A stretch of DNA of 64,000 nucleotides, taken from assembly GCA_964252075.1 (NCBI GenBank), contig CAXULY010000025.1:18447-82446 (forward strand). Direction: 5' to 3'. Made by a program: the position numbers and the translations under genes. Below the pieces are notes generated by a model that did no database searches, had not been told where the DNA came from, and saw nothing but the letters and a program-made list of their open reading frames with translations. The stretch is from an uncultured Deinococcaceae bacterium (GTDB taxonomy: Bacteria; Deinococcota; Deinococci; Deinococcales; Deinococcaceae). Positions 13,422 through 29,392 of the stretch are shown here, piece after piece (positions within the stretch are counted from its first letter, which is position 1; each line of letters opens with the position of its first letter).

Positions 13422-13973
13422 TCACTCCCGCACGTCCCTCCACGCCAGCGGCTCGCCCGCGTGGCACAAAGGGCAGTCGCCGGCGGCCCACGTGGCGAAG
13501 GGCGGCGTGGCGAGGGTGTTCAGCCGCTCACCCTCCAGGGCATCTCGGCTGATCCAGGCGCTGACACCCAGCGCCTCGTGCCCGGAGGCCCGCAGCGCCG
13601 CGAGCACCGCCCGGCTGCCCAGCCCCGTGCAGATCAGGTCGTCCACGTACACCGCCCGCTCGCCAGGCGCGGGCACGTGCATGCGGTGCCACGCCAGCGT
13701 TTCCGCATCAAGGAACGCCACGGGCAGGCCCAGGTGACGGCCCACAAAGGACGCCAGCACCGCGCCACACGCGGGCGCCCCGACCAGCAGGGTCGCCTGC
13801 GGGAACGCGGCGTGCAGCGCCTCCGCCTGCCTCGCCGCCACACCATCCAGCGTCACGGGGTCGCGGAACACCCCGCCCTTTTCCACCCAACCGTCCGCGT
13901 GCAGGCCGTTTCCGAACTGCGTGTGGCCGGAGCGCAGGGCCCCGGCCACATGGAGCAGCGCGGTGAGGTTCAG
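13422..13973 (-). CDS. Orotate phosphoribosyltransferase-like PRTase (start uncertain, possibly CTG)
   Basis: GALRSGH, PRPP-binding VYVDDLICTG, C-terminal CPLC. Confidence 0.7.
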   Translation of the reverse strand: MNLTALLHVAGALRSGHTQFGNGLHADGWVEKGGVFRDPVTLDGVAARQAEALHAAFPQATLLVGAPACGAVLASFVGRHLGLPVAFLDAETLAWHRMHVPAPGERAVYVDDLICTGLGSRAVLAALRASGHEALGVSAWISRDALEGERLNTLATPPFATWAAGDCPLCHAGEPLAWRDVRE

Positions 13974-14416
13974 AGGGCGAGGCGGCGGCTCGCGCGGGCG
14001 GGCAGCAGGAGCAGCAGCAGGATCAGCGTGAAGGCCGTGAAGCTCAGCAGCGGAATCGTGACGACGTTCGAGAGCTGCTGGTTCGCCGGGCCGAAGATCG
14101 GCCAGTTCACGTTGCAGCCCTCCGCCGGGTTGATGGAGCACGCCTTCAGGCTCGGCAGGATCTTGTAGTTCTCCAGGTTGTGGTACAGCGCGAACAGCCA
14201 GCCGATCACGGCGAGCGGCAGGGCGTAGGCGCGCGCGCTCCAGTCCGAGCGGTACGCGGCGACGCCCAGCACGATCACCAGCGGGTACATGCAGATGCGC
14301 TGGAACCAGCACAGGATGCACGGCACGAAGCCCCGCACCTCCGAGAAGTACAGGCTCCCGAGGGTGGCGACCACGGCGAGCAGCCACGCCAGGTACAGGC
14401 GGGTGGCGGGCGTCAT
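13970..14416 (-). CDS. dsbB: Disulfide bond formation protein DsbB/BdbC
   Basis: GSLYFSE, PCILCWFQRICMYP. Confidence 0.9.
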   Translation of the reverse strand: MTPATRLYLAWLLAVVATLGSLYFSEVRGFVPCILCWFQRICMYPLVIVLGVAAYRSDWSARAYALPLAVIGWLFALYHNLENYKILPSLKACSINPAEGCNVNWPIFGPANQQLSNVVTIPLLSFTAFTLILLLLLLPARASRRLAL

Positions 14417-14417
14417 G

Positions 14418-15068
14418 TCAGCTGTTGCCCAGCGCGGCGCTGATGGCCTTGTCGAGGTTGTCCCCAATCCACGACTGGTCCACCAGCTTGCCGTTCACGT
14501 ACACCGACGGCGTGCCCTGCACGCCGGCCTTGTTGCCGAGCGCCTTGTCGGCGTTCACCTGATCGATGTGCGCGTTGCTGTCCACGCACGACGCGAACTT
14601 CGTGAGGTCCACGCCCTGCAGCGTCTGCGCGAGTTCCTTGAGGTACGCGGGCGTCGCCCACTCGGTCGTCTCTTCCTTCTGCGCGCGGTACAGGATGTGC
14701 GCGTAGTCGTAGAAGGCGGTGGGGCTCTGCTCGGCGACGCACTCGCCGGCGTTCGCGGCGGTGGTGGAGTCCGGCCCGATGAACGGGAAGTTGATGAAGT
14801 AGTACTGGATCTTGCCGGTCTGCACGTACTTCTGCTCGATGGTCGGCACCACGCTGGTGTCGTACTGCTTGCACACCGGGCACTTGAAGTCCTCGAAGGC
14901 CACGACCGTGACTTTGGCGTCCTTGCTGCCCTGCAGGGGCTGGCCGGTCACGTCAATGCTCTGGGCGCTGCCGGAGGTGCCGGGCTTGTTGAAGTTCTGG
15001 TAGGCGAGGAAGCCCACCACGGCGATCAGAATGACCACCACCGTCGCGATCATGACGTTTCGGTTCAT
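14418..15068 (-). CDS. dsbA: DsbA/BdbD thiol-disulfide oxidoreductase
   Basis: DFKCPVC and GVQGTP; N-terminal membrane anchor. Confidence 0.88.
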   Translation of the reverse strand: MNRNVMIATVVVILIAVVGFLAYQNFNKPGTSGSAQSIDVTGQPLQGSKDAKVTVVAFEDFKCPVCKQYDTSVVPTIEQKYVQTGKIQYYFINFPFIGPDSTTAANAGECVAEQSPTAFYDYAHILYRAQKEETTEWATPAYLKELAQTLQGVDLTKFASCVDSNAHIDQVNADKALGNKAGVQGTPSVYVNGKLVDQSWIGDNLDKAISAALGNS

Positions 15069-15163
15069 TGACCCTTATGGTATCCGATGAAGTGAAAAAT
15101 AAAGCGGGACGCCTGCCCCCCAAGGCAGGGGTGGCGGCGGGCGCTCCGCTGTGACTCCCGATC

Positions 15164-15769
15164 TCAGGGTCGGTAGGGCGCCTGGGCGCGCGCCACCTGC
15201 CGCCGCCTCGCGCGCCGCAGCACGGCGACCGTGAGGCTCACGGCGGCGCCCAGCACGCCCGGCCACAAGGTGTAATCCAGGAACTTCGGGATGCTGGGCA
15301 GCGTGATGCCGGCGTCCAGGCTTGGCCCCAGCACGCGCGCCGCGACGATCGGCAGGACCAGCAGCAGCACCGAGATGGGCAGCACGAGGGGACCGCCCGC
15401 ATGCTTCACGAGCAGCGCCGCGAGGAGGCCCACCAGCACCAGCGGGTAGGCGACCGTCCACTGGATGGGCGCGTCCGGTCCGTACCCGATCAGGCCGGAG
15501 AAGAAGGGCGCGGCGCCCAGAATCGCGGCGACGTACCCGAACCACCCGCCGCACTCGTCGGCCAGCCACACCAGCAGCACCCACCCACCGAGCTTCGTGT
15601 ACCACGGGAGGTCCGCCATCAGCCACAGCACCGTGAGGGCCAGCAGCACCAGCCCAAGCAGCCAGGCGATCAGGGCGCCGCGGGCGGTGGGTGAGCGGCG
15701 GTGGCGGCGGGCGCGCCGTGGTCGGGCAGCGAAACGGGCTTCTTGAGGCTGGGGGCTGGGCTCCGACAC
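15164..15769 (-). CDS. Hypothetical membrane protein
   Basis: Multiple hydrophobic helices. Confidence 0.7.
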   Translation of the reverse strand: MSEPSPQPQEARFAARPRRARRHRRSPTARGALIAWLLGLVLLALTVLWLMADLPWYTKLGGWVLLVWLADECGGWFGYVAAILGAAPFFSGLIGYGPDAPIQWTVAYPLVLVGLLAALLVKHAGGPLVLPISVLLLVLPIVAARVLGPSLDAGITLPSIPKFLDYTLWPGVLGAAVSLTVAVLRRARRRQVARAQAPYRP

Positions 15770-15876
15770 GCGCCTCAGTCTGCCACAGTTCCGCGCGGCG
15801 CGGCGAGGGCCCCAGCAGTGCGACAGAACGCGGGCCGAGGACAGCGCGTCCTCGGCCCGTGGGCCCTGCCCGAGCG

Positions 15877-18882
<3,006 letters not shown>

Positions 18883-19161
18883 ACTGGTCACTCCTTTTTG
18901 TGAGGCGGGAGGTCCGCCGGAATCATCCTGTGAGGGCCCAGACACTGGTTGTCCGAAAACAGAACGGGCTGGGTGTCTTTCTCCGTTAACGAGACAGTGT
19001 AGCACCCCGGTCGGGGTCCGCACAGGGCCGAAGTTCCAGAGGCGCGGGGTCGCCAGACAGGCTGCTGGCATCCGTGTGACGCGCTGCCAGGGGCACCGAC
19101 AGGAGGTCCAGGCGGGGAGGCGTGACAAAGCTGTAAGACCTCGCCCCGAAAAATGAGTTCC

Positions 19162-20256
19162 ATGAAGCGCGCCTTCCTGATCGCCCTGGCCCTCAGCGCC
19201 ACCGCCTCCGCCGCCCCCATGTCCGTTGGCCTCGTCCTCGACGCCGGCGGCAAGAACGACCGCAGCTTCAACCAGGCCGCCTGGGAGGGCGCCCAGCGCG
19301 CCGCCAAGGACTTCGGCGTGAACGTCGACCTGTACGAGCAGAAGAACAACGCCCAGAACCAGGGCGCCGCCCAGTACGCCGACCAGGGCAAGCAGCTCAT
19401 CATCGGCGTGGGCTTCGCGAACCAGGAGCAGATCACCAAGGCCGCCGCGGGCCACCAGGCCCAGAAGTTCGCGGTGGTGGACGACCTGCCCAGCGGCCCC
19501 AACACCACTGGCATGCGCTTCCGCGAGGAGGAGGGCAGCTTCATGGTGGGCTACATCGCCGGGCGCTCCACCAGCACCAAGATTGTGGCGTTCCTGGGCG
19601 GCATGCGCATCCCGCAGATCAAGAAGTTCGAGGCGGGCTACACGGCGGGCGTCAAGGCCGCGTGCCCGGACTGCAAGGTGCTGTCCAACTACGTGGGGAA
19701 CACCCCCGCCGCCTGGAATGACCCCGTGACGGGCCAGCGCATGGGCAAGGAATTCGTGAAGCAGGGCGCGGACATCGTGTACACCGCGGCGGGCGGTTCG
19801 GGCCGCGGCGTCATCAACTTCATGCGCTCCAAGACCTGCGTGAAGGCCACCGAGTTGCCTTCCGGCGTGCGGTTCAACAGTGACGTGTTCAGGAACGTCC
19901 CCAAGAGCCAGAACTACCAGGCGGCCTGCGCGGGCGACGCGCGCCCGCTGTTCTACATCGGCGTGGACAGCAACCAGAACTTCCTGGGCGACGACGACAA
20001 CAACCCCGCCACCCTGAACTACGGCCTCACCAGCATGGTGAAGCGCGTGGACAACGCCGTGTACAGCCTGATCAAGGACACCGTGCAGGGCAAGGCGTGG
20101 CGCAGCGGCGACCGGATGTTCGCCCTGGAGAACGACGGCGTGGGCTACGCGCTCGACGAGTACAACCGCGACCTGATCCCCGCCGCCCTGCAGAAGCAGC
20201 TGGACGCCGTGAAGAAGGCCATCGTCTTCGGGTCCATCAAGGTGCCGCGCGAGTAA
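19162..20256 (+). CDS. BMP-family (nucleoside) substrate-binding protein, copy 1
   Basis: [34 protein letters not shown]. Confidence 0.88.
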   Translation: MKRAFLIALALSATASAAPMSVGLVLDAGGKNDRSFNQAAWEGAQRAAKDFGVNVDLYEQKNNAQNQGAAQYADQGKQLIIGVGFANQEQITKAAAGHQAQKFAVVDDLPSGPNTTGMRFREEEGSFMVGYIAGRSTSTKIVAFLGGMRIPQIKKFEAGYTAGVKAACPDCKVLSNYVGNTPAAWNDPVTGQRMGKEFVKQGADIVYTAAGGSGRGVINFMRSKTCVKATELPSGVRFNSDVFRNVPKSQNYQAACAGDARPLFYIGVDSNQNFLGDDDNNPATLNYGLTSMVKRVDNAVYSLIKDTVQGKAWRSGDRMFALENDGVGYALDEYNRDLIPAALQKQLDAVKKAIVFGSIKVPRE

Positions 20257-20375
20257 AACGGTCTTAGACCGAATGCTGGAAGGGCCGCACATTGTGCGGC
20301 CCTTTTCGTATTTATTGTCACAATTCATCCTCCAGATGTGACAAATCTGTCAGAAGCAATGTGAATGATGAGGAC

Positions 20376-21479
20376 ATGCAGCGCGCCCTGATGCTTGCCC
20401 TTGCCGCCACGGCGTCCCTCGCCGCGGCCGCTCCCATCACGATTGGTCTCTCCTACACCGACCCGACCGGCAAGAACGACCGCAGCTTCAACCAGGCCGC
20501 CTGGGAGGGCGCCCAGCGCGCCGCGAAAGACTTCGGCGTGAAGGTGCTGGACTTCACCCCGAGCAGCATCACCCAGGTGGACAAGGCCATCACGACCATG
20601 GCGGACAGCAAGACCGACCTCGTGATCGGCGTGGGCTACACCGCCACCGACCCCGTGAACAAGGCCGCGAAAGCCTACGCCTCCACCGACTTCGCCGTGG
20701 TAGACGACCTCCCCACGGGCAGCAACACCGCGGGCCTGCGCTTCCGTGAGGAGGAGGGCAGCTTCCTGGTGGGGTACATCGCCGGACGCACCACCTCGAC
20801 CGGCGTGGTGGGCTTCATCGGCGGCGTGAAGGGCTCCCTCATCGAGCGCTTCCAGTCGGGCTTCGCGGCCGGCGTGCACGCCGCCTGCCCCAGCTGCCGC
20901 GTGATGTACGCGTACATCGGCAACGACGACTCCGCGTGGGGCAACCCGGCGCGCGCCCGGACCCTCGCCGGCGGCATCAAGGCGAAGGGCGCGGACGTGA
21001 TTTACGCCGCGGCGGGCGGAAGCGGCGCGGGCCTCGTGGATTACGTGAAGGCCACGCAGTGCCTGAAGGCCAGCGACCTGCCGAGCGGCATGAAATTCAC
21101 CAACGACCTGTTCAAGGGCGTGCCCAAGAGCGCCGCGTACCAGAAGGCCTGCGCGGGCGACGCGCGCCCGCTGTTCTTCATCGGCGTGGACAACAACCAG
21201 AACTTCCTGGGCGACGACGACAACAACCCCGCCACCCTCAACCACGGCCTCACCAGCATGACCAAACGCGTGGACAACGCGGTGTACAGCGTCATCAAGG
21301 ACATGGCGCAGGGCAAGCCGTGGCGCAGCGGCGACCGCCTCTTCGCGCTGGAGAACGACGGCGTGGGCTACGCGCTCGACGAGTACAACCGCGCTCTCAT
21401 TCCCGCCGCCCTGCAGAAGCAGCTGGACGCCGTGAAGAAGGCCATCATCTACGGCACCATCAAGGTGCCCAGGCAGTAA
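20376..21479 (+). CDS. BMP-family substrate-binding protein, copy 2
   Basis: Same motifs; tandem paralog. Confidence 0.88.
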   Translation: MQRALMLALAATASLAAAAPITIGLSYTDPTGKNDRSFNQAAWEGAQRAAKDFGVKVLDFTPSSITQVDKAITTMADSKTDLVIGVGYTATDPVNKAAKAYASTDFAVVDDLPTGSNTAGLRFREEEGSFLVGYIAGRTTSTGVVGFIGGVKGSLIERFQSGFAAGVHAACPSCRVMYAYIGNDDSAWGNPARARTLAGGIKAKGADVIYAAAGGSGAGLVDYVKATQCLKASDLPSGMKFTNDLFKGVPKSAAYQKACAGDARPLFFIGVDNNQNFLGDDDNNPATLNHGLTSMTKRVDNAVYSVIKDMAQGKPWRSGDRLFALENDGVGYALDEYNRALIPAALQKQLDAVKKAIIYGTIKVPRQ

Positions 21480-21592
21480 ACCCGCGCGGTCACCCTCCCC
21501 GAACGTCCCTCCAGCGGCCCCGCTGGAGGGACGTTTCGCGGTTCGCCTCCACACCATCCCGCCTGGGCGCGGGCCGCGCTTAAGCTGAACGC

Positions 21593-22117
21593 ATGACCGA
21601 CCCCCGTTACCCGATCGGCCCTGACCCCGCCGTGAGCGCCCTGGACCCGCAGGGCCGCGCGGCCGCCCTCGACGCCCTGCGCGCCCTGCCGCACGAACTG
21701 CGCGCGGCGCTCGGCGGCCTGAACGACGCGCAGCTGGACACGCCGTACCGCGCGGGCGGCTGGACGCTGCGGCAACTCGCGCACCACGTGCCGGACAGCC
21801 ACCTGAACGCCTACACCCGCATGAAACTCGCGCTCACCGAGGACACCCCCATCATCAGGCCCTACGACGAGGCCAGGTGGGCGCAGCTGCCGGACAGCCG
21901 CGGCGACCTTCAGCCCAGCCTGGACCTGCTCACGGCGCTGCACGCCCGCTGGGCGAACCTCCTCGCCGCGCTCAGTGAGGCGCAGTGGGCCCGGCGCTAC
22001 CACCACCCCGGGAGCGGGCAGGACGTGCGGCTGGACGCTGCACTCGCCACGTACGCATGGCACGGGCGGCACCACACCGCGCACGTCCTGCGCCTGCGCG
22101 AGCAGCGCGGCTGGTGA
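21593..22117 (+). CDS. YfiT/DinB-family (bacillithiol transferase-like) protein
   Basis: [32 protein letters not shown]. Confidence 0.88.
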   Translation: MTDPRYPIGPDPAVSALDPQGRAAALDALRALPHELRAALGGLNDAQLDTPYRAGGWTLRQLAHHVPDSHLNAYTRMKLALTEDTPIIRPYDEARWAQLPDSRGDLQPSLDLLTALHARWANLLAALSEAQWARRYHHPGSGQDVRLDAALATYAWHGRHHTAHVLRLREQRGW

Positions 22118-22139
22118 AGGGCCGCCCCGCGCGGCCGCG

Positions 22140-22568
22140 TCACCCGCTGGTCCAGCCGACCTTCGCGTGCGTGCCGTCGCAGAAGGGCTTGTTCGCGCTC
22201 TGACCGCAGCGGCACAGGGCGACGCGCGTCTCCGCCTGCTCGCCCTGCGGCGTCTGAACGATCAGGTCGCCGCGCACCACAACCGGGCCGTCCGGCAGCG
22301 GCGTGATGCTGGTCGGCGCGTCCGGCCCCTCACCCGCGCCGCCCTCCAGGTGGTAGTGCAGCGCGCCCGTGGGGCAGCGGCGCACCACCTCCGCCACGGC
22401 GCTGGGCTCCGCGCCCGCTGCGCGGATCCAGGGCCGCGCGGCGGGGTCGAACACGCCCGGCAGGCCGCGCACGCAGGCGGCGAAATGAATGCAGCGCCGG
22501 GCATCGTAGTACACCGTCACGCCGGGCGCCGTGTAGGCCTTGCCCCAGTGGGAACGCACGTCGGTCAT
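22140..22568 (-). CDS. Divergent 4Fe-4S domain plus CDGSH Fe-S protein
   Basis: CIH..ACV, CPTGAL, LCRCGQS.NKPFCDGTH. Confidence 0.88.
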   Translation of the reverse strand: MTDVRSHWGKAYTAPGVTVYYDARRCIHFAACVRGLPGVFDPAARPWIRAAGAEPSAVAEVVRRCPTGALHYHLEGGAGEGPDAPTSITPLPDGPVVVRGDLIVQTPQGEQAETRVALCRCGQSANKPFCDGTHAKVGWTSG

Positions 22569-22672
22569 GCCTCCCAGTGTATGCAGCGCACACCCTATAG
22601 GTAGAAAGGCCCACGCTGGACTCCACCCAAGGGCGCTGCCGCCGGGTGTGGGGCGACCGGTAGGCTCAGGGC

Positions 22673-23188
22673 ATGCAGAACATGGATTTCTCAAAGGGCG
22701 GCATGGAAGGCATCGTCATCACGCTGATCGTCATGGGCTTCGTGTGCTACCGGATGCTGGGGGAGCGCCGCATGTCGCTGGGCCGCCTGCTGATCTTCCC
22801 GCTCATCATGCTGGCGCTGGTCGGGGTGAGCCTGTGGACCACCGTCAGTCACTCCTGGGTGGCGGCGCTGCTGGCGCTCGCCGGGCTGCTGGCCGGCTGG
22901 GGCGTGGGTGAGCTGACCATGCGCACGCAGACGGTGCGCCTGGACCCCACGCGCCCCAACCTGGTGATCGTGAAGGGCTCGGTGCTGACCGTCGTGATCT
23001 TCATGGCGAGCTTCCTGCTGCGCGCGGGCGTGAGCGTGCTGATCGGGCAGCACGCCCTGCACGGCGTGCTGGGCGACCTCTCCGGTGCGCTGCTGGCCTT
23101 CGGTATCGCCCTGATCGTGATGCGCAACTACGGCGTGTACCGCGCGGCGCTGCGGCTGCGGGCGCGCGGGCAGGTGGCCCACGGTTAA
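22673..23188 (+). CDS. DUF1453/CcdC-like membrane protein
   Basis: R.LIFP motif, several TM segments; precedes a two-component system. Confidence 0.6.
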   Translation: MQNMDFSKGGMEGIVITLIVMGFVCYRMLGERRMSLGRLLIFPLIMLALVGVSLWTTVSHSWVAALLALAGLLAGWGVGELTMRTQTVRLDPTRPNLVIVKGSVLTVVIFMASFLLRAGVSVLIGQHALHGVLGDLSGALLAFGIALIVMRNYGVYRAALRLRARGQVAHG

Positions 23189-23249
23189 GCCCGCGCGCTT
23201 CCGCGGCCCGCCCGAGCTCGGGCGGGCCGCTTGGGCCTACACTGACCGC

Positions 23250-24428
23250 ATGTGGTTCGCGCGCCGCCCCTGGCGGCTCACGCTCAGCTTCGCGGTGTTC
23301 TGGCTGCTGATGATCTGGCCGCTCGGCGCGGCGGGCAAGTGGAGCAGCGTCTGGCTGCTCACGGGCTTCGTCGTGGCGAAAGCCGGGTCGGCCTTCCTGT
23401 CGATGCGCGCGCGCGCCCCGCTGGTCTGGCTGGGCTGGCTGTCGAACGCCGTGGCGTTGGGGCTGCTGCTGCTGGTGGTGCCCCATTCGCCGGACACCCT
23501 GATGCCCGCCCTGCTATTCACGCTGGGCACCATCGGCGTGCAGCTCTCCCGACGGTGGGTGCTGGTGGTCGGCGTGCCGCTGTGCATGCTGGCGCTGTGG
23601 GCCAGCGAGGGATTCAGGCGCACCACCCCGCTGGAAGTGCTGCTCGAATCGCTGGGGCTGCTGGCGGTGCTGTTGCTGGGGCATGCCTTCGCCAGCCTGC
23701 GCCGCAGCCGCGACGAGTCGCGGGCGCTCACGGAGCAGCTGCGCGCCGCGAACCTCGCCCTGCGCCAGCAGGCCGAGCAGGGCGCGGAACTCTCGCGCCT
23801 GCAGGAGCGAGAACGCCTCGCGCGGGACCTGCACGACACCCTCGGGCACGCGCTCAGCACCCTCACCGTGCAGCTGGAGGCCGCGCGCAGGCTGCAGGGG
23901 CGCGACCCGGAGCGCGCGGGCGCGCAGCTCACGGACGCGCAGGTGCTCGCGCGGCAGGCCATGCAGGACCTGCGCGCCGCCCTGGACGACCTGCGCGCCG
24001 AGCCGCCCCCCAGCCTGGACGCGCTCGTGCAGGACCTCGCCACGCCCCTCGCGCGGCAGCATGGCTGGCAGTTGAACCTCACAGTGGCGGTCCCGACGGA
24101 GGCGCTCGCGCCGCAACTGGTGCTCGCGCTGCGCCCCGTGCTGGCCGAGGCCCTCGTCAACATCGCCCGGCACGCGGGCGCCGCCCGCGTCTGGGTGACG
24201 GCGAGCGTGCAGGGCGGCTGGCTGGACCTGACCGTGGAGGACGACGGCGTGGGCCTGCCCGCGCGGCCGACCCTCCAGGGACATTACGGTCTGCGCGGCC
24301 AGCGCGAGCGCCTCACGGCCCTGGGCGGCCAGCTGGAGCTGGGCGGCCGACCCGAGGGCGGCACCCGGCTGGACGTGCGCGTGCCCCTGCGCGTCCACGC
24401 CGCAAGCACCAAGGAGATCCCTGCATGA
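23250..24428 (+). CDS. NarX/DesK-type sensor histidine kinase
   Basis: [35 protein letters not shown]. Confidence 0.92.
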   Translation: MWFARRPWRLTLSFAVFWLLMIWPLGAAGKWSSVWLLTGFVVAKAGSAFLSMRARAPLVWLGWLSNAVALGLLLLVVPHSPDTLMPALLFTLGTIGVQLSRRWVLVVGVPLCMLALWASEGFRRTTPLEVLLESLGLLAVLLLGHAFASLRRSRDESRALTEQLRAANLALRQQAEQGAELSRLQERERLARDLHDTLGHALSTLTVQLEAARRLQGRDPERAGAQLTDAQVLARQAMQDLRAALDDLRAEPPPSLDALVQDLATPLARQHGWQLNLTVAVPTEALAPQLVLALRPVLAEALVNIARHAGAARVWVTASVQGGWLDLTVEDDGVGLPARPTLQGHYGLRGQRERLTALGGQLELGGRPEGGTRLDVRVPLRVHAASTKEIPA

Positions 24429-25051
24429 TTCGCCTGTTGCTCGCCGAGGACCAACCCCTCATGCGCCGGGGCCTGCGCGCCGTGCTGGAGAGCGAACCGG
24501 ACCTGCAGGTGGTGGCGGAGGCTGGGAGTGGCGCGGAGGCCGTCACGCTGGCGCTGCAGCACACACCGGACGTGATCCTGATGGACGTGCAGATGCCCGA
24601 GATGACCGGTGTGGCCGCCACCCGCGCGCTCGCCGCGCATGGCCTCGCGCGCCGCGTGCTGATCCTCACGACCTTCGACCGCGAGGACTACGTGCTGGAC
24701 GCCCTGCGCGCGGGGGCCGCCGGGTACCTGCTGAAGGACGTGGACGCCGACGAACTCATCCGGGTGATCCGACTCATCGCGGTGGGGGAGGGCTTCATCC
24801 AGGCGTCCGTCGCGGCGAAGTACCTGCGCCTGCTTGCCGCGCGGCCCGCCGAGCCCACGGAGCCCCTCACGCCGCGCGAACTGGAGGTGCTGGCGCTGCT
24901 GGCGGAGGGCGAAAGCAACAAGCGCATCGCGGCGCGCCTGAGCATCACCGAGAGCACCGTCAAGAACCACGTGAACAATGTGCTGGCGAAACTGCAGGTC
25001 CGCAACCGCACCGAGGCCGCGCTGCGCGCGCGCGACCTCGGCGCACCATGA
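24425..25051 (+). CDS. NarL/LuxR response regulator
   Basis: Receiver (LMDVQMP) plus [12 protein letters not shown]. Confidence 0.93.
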   Translation: MIRLLLAEDQPLMRRGLRAVLESEPDLQVVAEAGSGAEAVTLALQHTPDVILMDVQMPEMTGVAATRALAAHGLARRVLILTTFDREDYVLDALRAGAAGYLLKDVDADELIRVIRLIAVGEGFIQASVAAKYLRLLAARPAEPTEPLTPRELEVLALLAEGESNKRIAARLSITESTVKNHVNNVLAKLQVRNRTEAALRARDLGAP

Positions 25052-25076
25052 GGGCAGGGGGACGCACCCCTGCGCC

Positions 25077-26543
25077 TCACGCGCGGCGCACCGCGCGGCG
25101 CCGCGGCCCCACCGTCACCAGCAGCAGGGCGACCACCGCCAGTAGGGCGAGCAGCAGTGCCGCGTGCCCGCCCGCGAGGAACACCAGCGGCGTCACGGCC
25201 GTCAGGACCACCGGCACCCAGAGGGACCGGCCCAGTGCCCACACGCCCAGCGCCGCGGCGACCGCCGCGCCCAGCAGTTCGGCGGGCAGGGCGGGCAGGT
25301 AGGCGGTCAGCACGCCGCCCAGCGCGAAGCCCAGCGCCACCCCCAGCACGGCCGGTACGGCGCGGTCCACGCCCAGCCGGACGCGCCGCGCGGTGGCCCA
25401 CAGACCCGCGTACAGCACGCCCAGCAGCAGGGCCAGTGGCATCAGCAGGTGCACCTTCGCGAGGGTCTCGCGCAGGCTGCCCTGTGCGAACACCACCGCC
25501 ACGTTCTGCGCGGTGATCACGTCCTTCAGCTGCCAGCGCAGGGTCTGGCTGCTGCCCAGCGCGCGGTTCAGGCCCGTGGGGTAGAGGCTGTAGCGCTGGA
25601 ACTTCGCGGGGCGGTCCGCCCTCACGGTCAGGTCGAAGTCGCGGATGGGTTCGCGGCGCGCGGCGAGGGCGTAACTCCAGCCGCGCGCGCCCTGGTGGGT
25701 GTAGCGCACGGCCACCTCCACCGCGCCGCCCGCCGGGACGGTGCCCTCCCAGGTGCTGCCGTTCTCCAGGTCGGCGGCCCGCAGTGCCTGGCCGTTCACG
25801 GTCATGCGAAAGCCCGACAGCGTGCCGCTCCCCTCGGGCAGCGGGAAGGTGAAGCGCACGGTGGCGGCGCGGTCCAGTGGGCTCGTGAAGCGGTAGGTGC
25901 CCGTGAAGGTCGCGTTGTAGTACGTCTGCCGCCCTCCCAGCGCGGGGTCCACGAAGCGCAGGTCGGCCGTCACGCGACTGGTGTCCAGTCGGATGGGCTG
26001 TGAGGTCTCCAGGGTCGCCTCGCGCGTGTACACCAGGGTGCTCCCCACGCGCCGGAAGGTGTCCGCGAGGCTCACGGCGTTCCCTGCAGGCTCACCCGTG
26101 ATGTACGGCAGCAGCGTCTCCGCGCCGCCCTGCACGTCAATGCGCCGCACGAGGTCCGGCGGCAGGGTGATGGAGCGCGTGTAGGTGTGGGTGTCCAGGT
26201 ACGTGGCGCTGGGTGACTGCTGCACCGTCTCTCCGCCCGCCGGGTCCGCACCTTGCGCGTAGCGGGCGTTCAGGGCGGCGCCCTGGCGCAGGTCCACCGC
26301 GCGCCGCACCACGTCCAGCCCGAGGGCGCCCACGCCCACCGCGAGGGGAACGAGCAGCCACGTCAGCAGGCGCGGAAGCAGGCGGCCCGAAGTGTCCAGG
26401 CTGCGCCGGAAGCGCTCGCGGTCCAGCACGCCCACCAGCACCAGGGCGAGCAGCAGGCCGGCCAGCAGGGCCAGCAGCGGCCACGCGAGGCGCGCGAGGG
26501 CGGTGAGGGTCGAGAACAGGGCATCGAGGGCGATCTGCACCAT
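25077..26543 (-). CDS. Membrane protein with large beta-rich extracytoplasmic domain (CreD-like)
   Basis: N-terminal TMs, F.G.Y.F...FTFPLP region, C-terminal TM bundle. Confidence 0.55.
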   Translation of the reverse strand: MVQIALDALFSTLTALARLAWPLLALLAGLLLALVLVGVLDRERFRRSLDTSGRLLPRLLTWLLVPLAVGVGALGLDVVRRAVDLRQGAALNARYAQGADPAGGETVQQSPSATYLDTHTYTRSITLPPDLVRRIDVQGGAETLLPYITGEPAGNAVSLADTFRRVGSTLVYTREATLETSQPIRLDTSRVTADLRFVDPALGGRQTYYNATFTGTYRFTSPLDRAATVRFTFPLPEGSGTLSGFRMTVNGQALRAADLENGSTWEGTVPAGGAVEVAVRYTHQGARGWSYALAARREPIRDFDLTVRADRPAKFQRYSLYPTGLNRALGSSQTLRWQLKDVITAQNVAVVFAQGSLRETLAKVHLLMPLALLLGVLYAGLWATARRVRLGVDRAVPAVLGVALGFALGGVLTAYLPALPAELLGAAVAAALGVWALGRSLWVPVVLTAVTPLVFLAGGHAALLLALLAVVALLLVTVGPRRRAVRRA

Positions 26544-26578
26544 GGGAATCCTCCAGCGGTGGCCCGACGGCCCCGCAT

Positions 26579-26621
26579 GTCCTTGAGTATGATGTGTATG
26601 ATACACATCATACTCAAGGAC
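26579..26621. repeat. Perfect 43-bp palindrome
   Basis: GTCCTTGAGTATGATGTGTAT-G-ATACACATCATACTCAAGGAC. Confidence 0.95.
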
Positions 26622-26691
26622 GGTGAGGGACCCGCCTGGTGCAGCAGAAGGGCCGGAGGGAAACCCCTCCGGCCCTTCCTCGCCCCGCGCT

Positions 26692-29253
<2,562 letters not shown>

Positions 29254-29279
29254 TCAGCCACACTCCTTCAAGTCCCTAC

Positions 29280-29310
29280 AGTCTACGAACTTGAGTGTGG
29301 TTGTGTCAAG
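29280..29310 (-). promoter_or_regulatory. HAIR (HspR) operator overlapping the clpB promoter
   Basis: CTTGAGT-N7-TGTCAAG 29290-29310; TTGACA -35 and TAGACT -10 on the minus strand. Confidence 0.8.
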
Positions 29311-29392
29311 TTACTTGAGATGAGAAGTGGAGGAAAACAGGGGTCATGCCGCATCGTGACACGCCCGCACCGGGGGAGGGGCTCCACCGGCC

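Noticed and set aside
18940..19000. RDRM upstream of uvrA
   Set aside because: Good half-sites (TTCTGT, ACGGAG) but partner halves are off by 1-2 nt; not supportable without a PWM
18883..20328. Long N-terminal extension of UvrA (1483-aa ORF)
   Set aside because: Antisense shadow of the BMP gene; the real start is TTG 18882 with an RBS
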